Shown here piece after piece: positions 27,525 to 35,665 of a stretch of DNA of 64,000 nt (within the stretch, counting starts at the first letter, position 1; each line of letters opens with the position of its first letter). The translations under genes and the position numbers were made by a program. A model generated the notes under the pieces. It was given only the letters and a program-made list of their open reading frames with translations, did not search any database and was not told the origin of the DNA. This DNA comes from an uncultured Muribaculaceae bacterium. Lineage in GTDB: Bacteria; Bacteroidota; Bacteroidia; Bacteroidales; Muribaculaceae. Location of the stretch: contig CAJTPK010000002.1 of assembly GCA_910578075.1 (NCBI GenBank), positions 46,479 through 110,478 on the forward strand. Reading direction: 5' to 3'.

Positions 27525-28430
27525 ATGAAGTCTGACAGCAAATTATACCGATTCTTTCTTGGCGAGCGAGGAACAAGAGGTTTGCCAACTGTGGCTATCC
27601 TTATAGTTCTTGTACCGTTTTTGGTTTTCGGATTCTTTTTCAATAATAATAAACGGGAGAATTTGGCGAATAATCCGGTTTCTACAAGAGTGATAATCGA
27701 AGACATTTCAAGTGTTGGCAATTCATGGTCGATCTCCTACCATCTGAATATTGATGGGATTAGTTATAAAGGTAGTGGAAGACGATTAAAAGGGTTGGCC
27801 GTTGGTGATACTATTGGAGTCATGTATCAAAAGAATAATCCAGCCAATAATATGACCGTCTATGATTACTATGACCATAGTGACGATAAATGGCTTATTA
27901 TCATAATTCTTTTGGCTGCCGTTTTAGGCATATATCGTTGGTCAAAAGTAGGAAAAACCAATAACACGATTGAAATACCACAAGATAGAAATGCCAAATG
28001 TCAAATATACCGGACTTCAAAGCACTACATCTTCCTGACGGTTTATTATAGTATTGCAAGCAAACCAATCTATTTTCTATCACACGATTGTACTGATTCA
28101 GAATTTGAGAAAACTATGTTTGACTGTCTTGAAACAAGTGTTAAGAGCAGATATGAAGATATGAAAGCGTCTGAATTGATAAAAGCGATGAAGCAACAGT
28201 CTTGGCGGCAACTGTATCTGAACTCAACCATGTGCCTTGTAGAATATAGCAGTAAAGAATATCTTGGAGATAAATTGTCAATAGAAGTTGGCAAGAGGCG
28301 TAAAGATGGACGAGGTTTTGATTGGGACAGTAGTCGTTCCCGGTCATTCGATATGAAAGAGACCGACTGGCGACAAACAATAGGAATTATCCGAAACATT
28401 TTAGACCCGACAATCAATGAAACTGACTGA
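27525..28430 (+). CDS. Hypothetical membrane protein, DUF3592-like N-terminal module plus soluble C-terminal domain
   Basis: TM, then a beta-rich segment (VSTRVIIEDISSVGNSWSISYHLNIDGISYKGSG...IGVMYQKNNP), then TM, then ~150 aa soluble. Confidence 0.55.
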   Translation: MKSDSKLYRFFLGERGTRGLPTVAILIVLVPFLVFGFFFNNNKRENLANNPVSTRVIIEDISSVGNSWSISYHLNIDGISYKGSGRRLKGLAVGDTIGVMYQKNNPANNMTVYDYYDHSDDKWLIIIILLAAVLGIYRWSKVGKTNNTIEIPQDRNAKCQIYRTSKHYIFLTVYYSIASKPIYFLSHDCTDSEFEKTMFDCLETSVKSRYEDMKASELIKAMKQQSWRQLYLNSTMCLVEYSSKEYLGDKLSIEVGKRRKDGRGFDWDSSRSRSFDMKETDWRQTIGIIRNILDPTINETD

Positions 28431-28929
28431 TAAACGATTTTGGTACGGTACAAAAACGACCTATTATACCTCTTTTATATTTGCATTAAAAGATGCCCTC
28501 CTGTTCTCAATATCATGGGTGTTGGCAATTTGTATAATGTTATTTTCAATCTGCCTATTTATTCAAATGAATAATGGAGATACAATATCCGGTCAGGTCA
28601 TTACATTCGGATTACTCTTCATTCTCATTGTATTTGTTGTTTCAAACGGTATGTTTCTATATGATAATTGGCTTAAGCAATGTTACGTTATGCGAAAGAC
28701 AAAGAGACTTCTACCAGATAGTTGTGTTATTTTGGATACAAAGTATGACAATGTAAACAAGCAATACAAGATAATGCTGGATTATTCAGGAAAGCAGTTT
28801 GTGGTAACAGTAAATTTCCCTTTCTTTTATATATGTGAAAAAGGAACGCGTGCTCTTGGAGCATTGAATATTAATTCAAGAAAGTATTTTGCAAAGAATA
28901 AGTCGGCAATCGTGAATTATATGTCTTAA
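28417..28929 (+). CDS. Hypothetical membrane protein (170 aa)
   Basis: 14-nt overlap with the upstream gene. 3 TM plus a C-terminal beta-rich segment. Confidence 0.55.
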   Translation: MKLTDKRFWYGTKTTYYTSFIFALKDALLFSISWVLAICIMLFSICLFIQMNNGDTISGQVITFGLLFILIVFVVSNGMFLYDNWLKQCYVMRKTKRLLPDSCVILDTKYDNVNKQYKIMLDYSGKQFVVTVNFPFFYICEKGTRALGALNINSRKYFAKNKSAIVNYMS

Positions 28930-29267
28930 TGAAATGTTATATGGCACACTACAATACCCAATTTTGGTTATTATGGTTAATAGGGGCGGTTATGACTTTG
29001 TCAGTCTGCTTATGCTCATCATGGAGTGAAGATACATTGCTCCTTGCTGCGGCGTTTGCCCTGTCGCTGATTTCCATAGCCATTATCCATAAGTTCAGAA
29101 ACCATACTGCATTATGCAATATTCTATTTTGGTTGGGATATAATGCGTTGCTGTGTTACGGGCTGTTGTTCAAAAGCGAGGGTGGCGCAGGACTTACATG
29201 GTGGTTCTATCTGTTATGCCCTAATGTCTTACAGTTTATTTCCGATGCAATTATAGCGTATATCTAA
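28929..29267 (+). CDS. Hypothetical small membrane protein (112 aa, 4 TM)
   Basis: TAATG overlap with the upstream gene. Confidence 0.55.
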   Translation: MKCYMAHYNTQFWLLWLIGAVMTLSVCLCSSWSEDTLLLAAAFALSLISIAIIHKFRNHTALCNILFWLGYNALLCYGLLFKSEGGAGLTWWFYLLCPNVLQFISDAIIAYI

Positions 29268-29729
29268 TAATGAGTAGGTTGCGCTTTATGTATACAAAAC
29301 GGTTAACAGTGCTGTCTGCATCTTCAAATTTAACGGTTTCGGCTCTCTCAAGCGCCCATCTTTACTGAGTGCAAAGTTTGTAATTTTTGACTTAACCTCC
29401 AAACAAAATAGTTAAGATTTGGGGATTCGGTGCAGAAATACCTATATCAATTAGGGGATTTGGTGCAGATTTATTAAATCAAATTTGGGGATTCGGAGTA
29501 TTATGGGTAACGTTCTGTGAAAAATTCTCTTCACGAGTGAACCAACGTTACCTTATATATACAAAGGATTTACGCAAAGATGGCAATATAACTTACCTCC
29601 CGGCATACATGACACAATTTCTATAAATTACCTGCATTTTCTGCATTATCCGCATTTTGGGACAAAAGTCTATCTGTGAAATGTCAGTAAGAAAAAATGG
29701 CTCTGTTGATAGCGGATTATTGGGGTGTG

Positions 29730-29971
29730 ATATTCATAAATCGGCATCTGTCAGGATATAACGGCGATTTTTATACGTGCAACCCACCCTAATGTCAAAT
29801 ATTCTTATTAACTTTGCGATAGGCTCTTATGACAATCCGACAGAAATGCCTCCCGACCGAGCAAAAATAATTGGCATCTCCCGTCATCGCCTCTCCACCG
29901 ACGGCGATGGTGTGACCACGCTTGTCGCTTTCCACGGATGTCCGCTCCGCGACCTTTACTGCCTGAATCCG
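29730..29971 (+). repeat. Direct repeat copy 2 (promoter plus radical SAM 5' end)
   Basis: See 21697-21938. The TAACTTTG box is at 29809-29816. Confidence 0.9.
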
Positions 29972-30007
29972 AACTATTATTTTCAGGGAAGGAGGGTTGC
30001 AAGATGA
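29846..30007 (+). pseudogene. Truncated radical SAM gene remnant (cluster motif destroyed), possibly co-opted as a leader ORF
   Basis: Identical through ...VAFHGCPLR, then DLYCLNPNYYFQGRRVAR*. CPLRCRYC has become CPLRDLYC. The stop overlaps the next ATG (ATGA at 30004-30007). Confidence 0.8.
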
Positions 30008-31360
30008 AACCGATATGGTACATAATTGGTCTTGCCTGTTTTCTAATCTCTGCAATAGCAAGAATGGCAAACTCTATCTCAGATGTGTTAGTTGCAGTTG
30101 GCATTATCGCAGCGATTGGTGTGCTGATTTGGCTATATGAACAAGGTTATATAAAAATCAATTATCGAGTCAAGGAGATAGTTAAAGCCATTTTCAAGTG
30201 GGTTATCATTATCGCAGCCATTTTATATATTGTCTGTTTGATATGTTTTGTCGGATATAAAGCTATAGGAGGAGACGACTATGTTGGCTTGATCGTCATA
30301 GCCTTGGCGGGAGGAATATTTGGCGTGTCGTATTACTTGACACGTTGGCGCAGGTGGTGGATTAAATTCCTGAGAACATTTCTTCGGAAAGATCAGATGA
30401 GCGCCCTTGACTTGAAGTTTGGAGCTGACAGTTATGAAGAATATGATTGCAATAGCGGTGTCAGATACTGCCTCCGTCCGAAAGAAGGCGTATTTATAGG
30501 AACCACTCGCATATTCATATCACCTGATACTCTCGATGATTCCATGAATGAACGGTTAAGGAGATTTGACAATATGCTTCGGGAAAGTGGCATCGAGAAC
30601 ACACTCAACGTAGATTACACCGATGGTTGTATTTATGCGGACGTGTCGGTAACAGTAGATTGCCGACGAATGAATGTTGAAAAACAGACACTCTTACGCA
30701 ATGCGTTTATCTACCTTAAAGACAGTAATTATCAAGGCGATTACTTTGGGAAATATGTTGGAGAATACGGAACAATATTATTTCAATCAACAGCAGTCGA
30801 AATTATCCGTGCTGTAAGGGTAAAACCGCGTGAGGAATATTATATTTATCCCGACAGTGGTTTTCAATCGGAAGATGCGTATCTATTTATCGGAAGATGC
30901 GTATCTATTTATTGAATACTATCCGGACTGGACTAACGGTGAATACACACTCATAGCTGAAAAAGAGTTTTTCAGTCGATGGCGTAAGCGTACAGAATTT
31001 GATAATAAAGATCAAGCATATACCGATTTTGATGTATCTTCAACCGCCTATTTTGCTGCGATTGAAAATGGAGATAAAAAGGAGCAAAAATACAGTCGGG
31101 AAGACATAGAGAAGGCGGCTTTATGGTTAATCCGATACGATGAAGTTGATTATATTAAAGAATTGCTGTCAAATCCACATGATGAAACAGAATATTGGGC
31201 TGCCCGCTTTTTCCACGATGTCATTCCTGAACTTGCTGAAGCTATGGCTCAAACCCTTGTGGATAACTGCGACAAGCCGGTAATAGCAGCAAACGCCAAA
31301 CGACTGTTGGCTCAGTGGAGAAAAAATAAACAAGAAAAAGATAGCACTACGATAAGATGA
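30004..31360 (+). pseudogene. Membrane protein gene (4 TM plus large soluble domain) split by a 22-bp tandem duplication
   Basis: SEDAYLFI is encoded twice in two frames. Removing one copy of cggaagatgcgtatctatttat fuses 30004-30915 with 30830-31360 into a 444-aa ORF. The downstream track ORF starts with GTG. Confidence 0.7.
30869..30912 (+). repeat. Perfect 22-bp tandem duplication (2 copies)
   Basis: cggaagatgcgtatctatttat at 30869-30890 and again at 30891-30912. Confidence 0.95.
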
Positions 31361-32277
31361 AAGAATCTCTCCGTTATAAAGTATGCCTATGGATAGTGTG
31401 GGTGCAACTCGCACTCATACCTACTGTATATCTTATGATGTGGGTGGTCGATGGTACACCTTATATCTGGCGATGGAATCTTTTGTCTTGGGCTATCTTT
31501 ACAGGCTATCTGATTGGCTTCATCGCTTTGCCATTAAGTCGTGGTCTTGACAAACCTAAACTCTTAAAATGGTGGTTGCGGATTGATTTTGTAGCCTCAA
31601 TACTACTTTTTATACCTTTCTATTTCACGTTCATGGCGTCAAAGGCTAATTTTGTATCTGAAAGAGGTAAGTATATTCTATTTACAACAGGTGGAGGAAT
31701 GGCAAAGCCGACACTTAGGTTAGGAAAATCATATGGGTTATTTATCAAAGAATTATATAATTCAGATGCTGTGGCATTTGATATAAATGCTGAAGATTGG
31801 TTTGTTAATGAAGATTATGGTTATAGCAGCCTAAAAACTACTTACGATACTTATAAAAGTATCCATGTGTTTCCGATTGACAGTTCAGCTTATCACCAAC
31901 ATAATAATGTTATTGACACACAGATTGATAGCATATTTCATGCAAACATAATCGGTTATGACAAAATGGAATTTGTTATGCCGAAAGATTTTTCAACAAT
32001 CGAATACCGAGACAGCTCCAGTATTGAATATCACAGATCCGACTATATTCAGTTAGCAGAAATAGAGTATCGTTCATTCGGAAAAGGAAATCTTTTGGAT
32101 TCAGTATTGATAACCCTTTCTGTATCAAAAAATGACATATTATCGATAACTGACTCAGATACATTATTGGTGGAGAGAGTTGAAACGGAGAGACAAATAA
32201 AGATCCCGAAAGAATCTGTGCCGTGGATGTCTCCGACTGAAGTACATCGGTTCTTGAACGATTTGAAAAGGAGGTAA
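31357..32277 (+). CDS. Hypothetical membrane protein (306 aa; 4 TM plus soluble domain)
   Basis: ATGA overlap with the upstream ORF. Confidence 0.6.
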   Translation: MKESLRYKVCLWIVWVQLALIPTVYLMMWVVDGTPYIWRWNLLSWAIFTGYLIGFIALPLSRGLDKPKLLKWWLRIDFVASILLFIPFYFTFMASKANFVSERGKYILFTTGGGMAKPTLRLGKSYGLFIKELYNSDAVAFDINAEDWFVNEDYGYSSLKTTYDTYKSIHVFPIDSSAYHQHNNVIDTQIDSIFHANIIGYDKMEFVMPKDFSTIEYRDSSSIEYHRSDYIQLAEIEYRSFGKGNLLDSVLITLSVSKNDILSITDSDTLLVERVETERQIKIPKESVPWMSPTEVHRFLNDLKRR

Positions 32278-32280
32278 GCG

Positions 32281-32727
32281 ATGAAAACTGACGGATATAT
32301 TTTCAAAGATAGTTGGCTGGAATATATTTTATATGGCATATTATTGTGCCCTTTTATATGTCTATGGGTCAGTCTTGACACATTCCCATTTGGAGACAAA
32401 GGAGCTGTCGGATTATTTATTTTCATAATGGCTTTCATTATGATTTTGACCTTCTCTATATGGGGCATTGTTAAACATCCGAATCGACTGATAATTGGCA
32501 ACGATGGAATACATTATTATTGCCGTAGAGTTACATTGTCAAACAATTCATCGTTTTGGATTGATAATTATAAGCTTTATTCATGGGAGAAAATTCAAGG
32601 GTTCTATTTCGAATGGATGATGGCGCGTGGTGTTATGTCACATCGTTATCTTGTTCTTGAACATGAACATGATAAGGCAGCTTTTATACGATTAAACGAC
32701 TTAACCGGAAAAAATATGAGTATATAA
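32281..32727 (+). CDS. Hypothetical membrane protein (2 TM plus bPH-like domain), probably frameshifted at an A6 tract
   Basis: 148 aa as written. A +1 A at 32709-32714 would extend it to 32888, adding a C-terminal TM. Confidence 0.55.
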   Translation: MKTDGYIFKDSWLEYILYGILLCPFICLWVSLDTFPFGDKGAVGLFIFIMAFIMILTFSIWGIVKHPNRLIIGNDGIHYYCRRVTLSNNSSFWIDNYKLYSWEKIQGFYFEWMMARGVMSHRYLVLEHEHDKAAFIRLNDLTGKNMSI

Positions 32728-32887
32728 GTGCTATTGAGGAATGTAGCGATGGAAAATGTTTGTTAAACAGGGCAAAATATAACGAGAACAGAAAGATACG
32801 AAATAGATCATTGTGGAAATACTACATATTTCCGTTATTGATAGGAATAGCCCTTGCAATGTTACTGAATAAATTCGGAGTCAGATA

Positions 32888-33439
32888 ATGGAAAGCATAT
32901 TCCGGTATATTGTAATAATAGCCATAGCCTTTATGATAGGCAAGGAGGTGTTTCGGTCAATCAGGCAAAAGTCTGTTGACCGGTGTATTCTTGCGATAAT
33001 CGTGCTGTTTGGAATTGTGATTTTCATGAGCCGTAGTTTTTTAGTTTCTATTAGGAGTTATGGTTATCTCGAAATATGTATAACTGTCCTCGTTATCTTG
33101 GCATATCTTTTAGAGAGGTCAACGAAAATCTACAAACTGATTAGAGGTATGTCGATAGCAAGTCTTTTAGTGGCCATATCAGTCTTTACGTATTGGAATA
33201 TAAAGGCTCAGAAGATAACTGGTGAAATTGACATCGTAGAGTTGAATGGATTTACAATGGGGAGATTTGAGGAAGTTTTGTTCAAGTATGATGGTGAGCC
33301 ATTTAGTCGTCATTGCAGTTTGAAAGACTATTCAAGCAACGATGATTTGATGGATCGCTATAATGTGAAGTTAACGCTCAAACCACTTTACCCTCACATT
33401 GTCAAGTTAGAGTCTATTACCCTAATCCCTAAAGAATGA
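32888..33439 (+). CDS. Hypothetical membrane protein (183 aa; 4 TM plus soluble domain)
   Basis: ATG start; ATGA overlap with the next gene. Confidence 0.6.
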   Translation: MESIFRYIVIIAIAFMIGKEVFRSIRQKSVDRCILAIIVLFGIVIFMSRSFLVSIRSYGYLEICITVLVILAYLLERSTKIYKLIRGMSIASLLVAISVFTYWNIKAQKITGEIDIVELNGFTMGRFEEVLFKYDGEPFSRHCSLKDYSSNDDLMDRYNVKLTLKPLYPHIVKLESITLIPKE

Positions 33440-33996
33440 TTACGCATAATAACCAATATATAGCAAAAGAATCGCTGACGTTTCCACTGTTGGTAACGGT
33501 GATGTTTGGCGTGTCTTTATATGCTTCTATCTATGCACCTAAATTTTGGTGCATATTTGGTGCGGTCTTTTTCGGTTTGGGTGTGGCTGTATATGCCTAT
33601 AAATATATCCGCTATGGTAGAACCACGCTAATAATTTACAGCGAGGGAATAACAATAAAGGACTGGGGCAAGACCAAAACATATAATTGGTGGTGGGATA
33701 TAGTGAGCGTCTATACCAATTGGAACGTATCTTATTTTGCTCGTTTCGTGGAAAGATGGCTAAGAATCAAAACTTCAGTAAATGGTGAACAGTTTGAGTT
33801 CCACGATATTTGCCTATCCGATCTGTATTGCCGAAGCAAAAGTGTTCGTAAGGCGATTGAAAAATATGCAGGGCCGTCTCGTTTCGATTATGAGGCTTCA
33901 CAAGAAACAAAAAGTTATGTGTCTAAGATAGTGCTGCTGGCATCGATAGTCGCTGTTATTGGAATATTCATTTGCTTAACCTATTTTTCAGAGTGA
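33436..33996 (+). CDS. Hypothetical membrane protein (2 TM plus bPH-like domain plus C-terminal TM)
   Basis: 186 aa. Its architecture parallels the repaired 32281 gene. Confidence 0.6.
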   Translation: MITHNNQYIAKESLTFPLLVTVMFGVSLYASIYAPKFWCIFGAVFFGLGVAVYAYKYIRYGRTTLIIYSEGITIKDWGKTKTYNWWWDIVSVYTNWNVSYFARFVERWLRIKTSVNGEQFEFHDICLSDLYCRSKSVRKAIEKYAGPSRFDYEASQETKSYVSKIVLLASIVAVIGIFICLTYFSE

Positions 33997-34005
33997 TTCA
34001 ATGCT

Positions 34006-34104
34006 ATGGGTAAGGTACACTTAATTATAAAATGGCTATTTTATCTACTTGCCGCATTAGTGGCTATTGACTTATGGTGTATTGCCGATGCAGAAATTGT
34101 ATAA
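34006..34104 (+). pseudogene. Duplicated 5' fragment of the 26974 gene (32 codons)
   Basis: MGKVHLIIKWLFYLLAALVAIDLWCIADAEIV* compares with MDKVHLIIKWLFYLLAALVVIDLWCIAISIVF... There is ~90-nt nucleotide similarity between 34001-34089 and 26969-27057. Confidence 0.75.
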
Positions 34105-34134
34105 AGATTGATTTTAAGATAAGTTTAGACAATT

Positions 34135-34593
34135 TCAATTCTTTAAAATCTTCTTTTTTAGATATATCATGTCATTTAATGTCACGCCTTCTTCAATTAT
34201 CGGGTGATCATAATTGTTGGTGAAAAATCCCGGTATTGTGTGGGAGAAAACATAACCGCAGTTCTTGTAAAAGCGCAATGTCGATGGGGTTTCACCGGTG
34301 CCGAGTTGCAAAGTTTTGCCCTGGTATATAGACTCAACATGATCGAGCATTCTTCTTCCGATGCCCTGCCGTCTGTATTCAGAAATGACAGCGAGATTTT
34401 TTATCTCAATCGTAGTGTAGTCTTCTTCAGTTATGGCACAGCAGGAAACCGGTGTTTCGTTTATAAATCCAATGAAAAGTCGTCCATAGTCAAGATACCG
34501 GTCAATCATATCCTCTTGCTCATCACCGATAAGCAAAAGATTCATATATTTATATTTGGAAACCAATATTTCCCTGATTTCGAAATCTGTCAT
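34135..34593 (-). CDS. GNAT-family N-acetyltransferase
   Basis: Acetyl-CoA motif YRRQGIGRRML. I prefer the start MTDFEIREIL over the upstream ATG at 34620. Confidence 0.8.
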   Translation of the reverse strand: MTDFEIREILVSKYKYMNLLLIGDEQEDMIDRYLDYGRLFIGFINETPVSCCAITEEDYTTIEIKNLAVISEYRRQGIGRRMLDHVESIYQGKTLQLGTGETPSTLRFYKNCGYVFSHTIPGFFTNNYDHPIIEEGVTLNDMIYLKKKILKN

Positions 34594-34699
34594 GATAAAA
34601 CAAATAAAAGTCCGTTTCATGAAAAATTTAGCTTTAGTGTACGGACTCTAAGAGAATAACTTTGCTTTTTACTTTTTATTTGATGCTAAAGGGTGTAGA

Positions 34700-35309
34700 C
34701 TCAGCGTCTCTGCGTGATTAAAATTTTAACGCAGAGGAGCGGAGGAGGGGAGTTTCAGCCTTGATGTTTTAGCGACGCTGGAATCGCGTGGCGATTCTTG
34801 CCGAGGCGCGGAGACGTCGCTAAAATTTGTCGCGGTTTTTATAGACCAAAGATCCATAGGAACCAAAGCATTGCCGAGTATGCTTTCGTCTCAGACTATT
34901 CGCAACGGCTCTGCGCCTTCGCAGGAGTGGTAACGACCTCCGCGCCGAATTGAGCGGCATAAAACCTTTGCGGCTCAGCGTCTCTGCGTGATTAAATTTT
35001 TAACGCAGAGGAGCGGAGGAGGAGAGTTTTAGCCTCGACGTTTTAGCGACGCTGGAATCGCGTGGCGATTCTTGCCGAGGCGCGGAGACGTCGCTAAAAT
35101 TTGTCGCGGTTTTTATAGACCAAAGATCCATAGGAACCAAAGCATTGCCGAGTATGCTTTCGTCTCGGACTATTCGCAACGGCTCTGCGCCTTCGCAGGA
35201 GTGGTAACGACCTCCGCGCCGGATTGAGCGGCATAAAACTTTGCGACTCAGCGTCTCTGCGTGATTAAAATTTTAACGCAGAGGAGCGGAGGAGGGGAGT
35301 TTCAGCCTT
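34700..35309 (+). repeat. Tandem repeat, ~274-bp unit x ~2.2 (family B repeat, expanded form)
   Basis: Units start at 34700, 34974 and 35247 with ctcagcgtctctgcgtgattaaaatttta-acgcagagg. Internal hairpins ttttagcgacg...cgtcgctaaaa and gaatcgcgtggcgattc. Confidence 0.9.
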
Positions 35310-35422
35310 GTGGTTGGAGGTGTATTGTTTGAGTGTTTAAAACAGGTAATAGAAACTTGGGTTTGTTGGTTGAGGTGTTGGATGAGGTGGAAGATGGATT
35401 TGCAAAATAGAAATAGAATTTG

Positions 35423-35430
35423 TAACTTTG
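35423..35430 (+). promoter_or_regulatory. Bacteroidetes-type -7 promoter box (TAACTTTG) for the B12 operon
   Basis: The context tttgtaactttgcc sits immediately upstream of the riboswitch. Confidence 0.5.
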
Positions 35431-35436
35431 CCGATG

Positions 35437-35600
35437 AAAGCGGTTGGCCGTTGGCCATTAAAAGGGAACCGGGTGTGAATCCCGGACAGTCCCGCTGCGG
35501 TAAGTCTCTGTAAGACTTCGGCAAACATCTCTTTAAGCCACTGACAATGGTCGGGAAGGCATGCCGGATGTCGAGACAAGTCCGAAGACCTGCCGTTTTC
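35437..35600 (+). promoter_or_regulatory. Cobalamin (B12) riboswitch
   Basis: Conserved core AAAAGGGAACCGGGTGTGAATCCCGGACAGTCCCGC, plus GCCACTG...GGGAAGGC and the B12 box AAGTCCGAAGACCTGCC. It lies upstream of btuB. Confidence 0.85.
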
Positions 35601-35665
35601 GGGGAAGTAGTTCCAAAGGTGCTCTTTCCGGTATGTTGAACACTCTTTCGAGGAAAAGAGAACAT

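Noticed and set aside
29950-29992. The peptide NYYFQG in the truncated radical SAM remnant resembles a TEV protease site (ENLYFQG), which might hint at engineered sequence.
   Set aside because: Only YFQG matches and the nucleotide context is a diverged copy of native sequence. It is most simply a coincidence.
18200-34104. Calling the whole accessory stretch a mobile element or genomic island.
   Set aside because: There is no integrase, transposase, conjugation or phage gene, no tRNA, and no clear flanking direct repeats at both ends in the window. I report only compositional impressions and repeat scars.
34700-35309. The tandem repeat could be a CRISPR array.
   Set aside because: The unit is ~274 bp with no unique spacers, only ~2.2 copies are present, and there are no cas genes.
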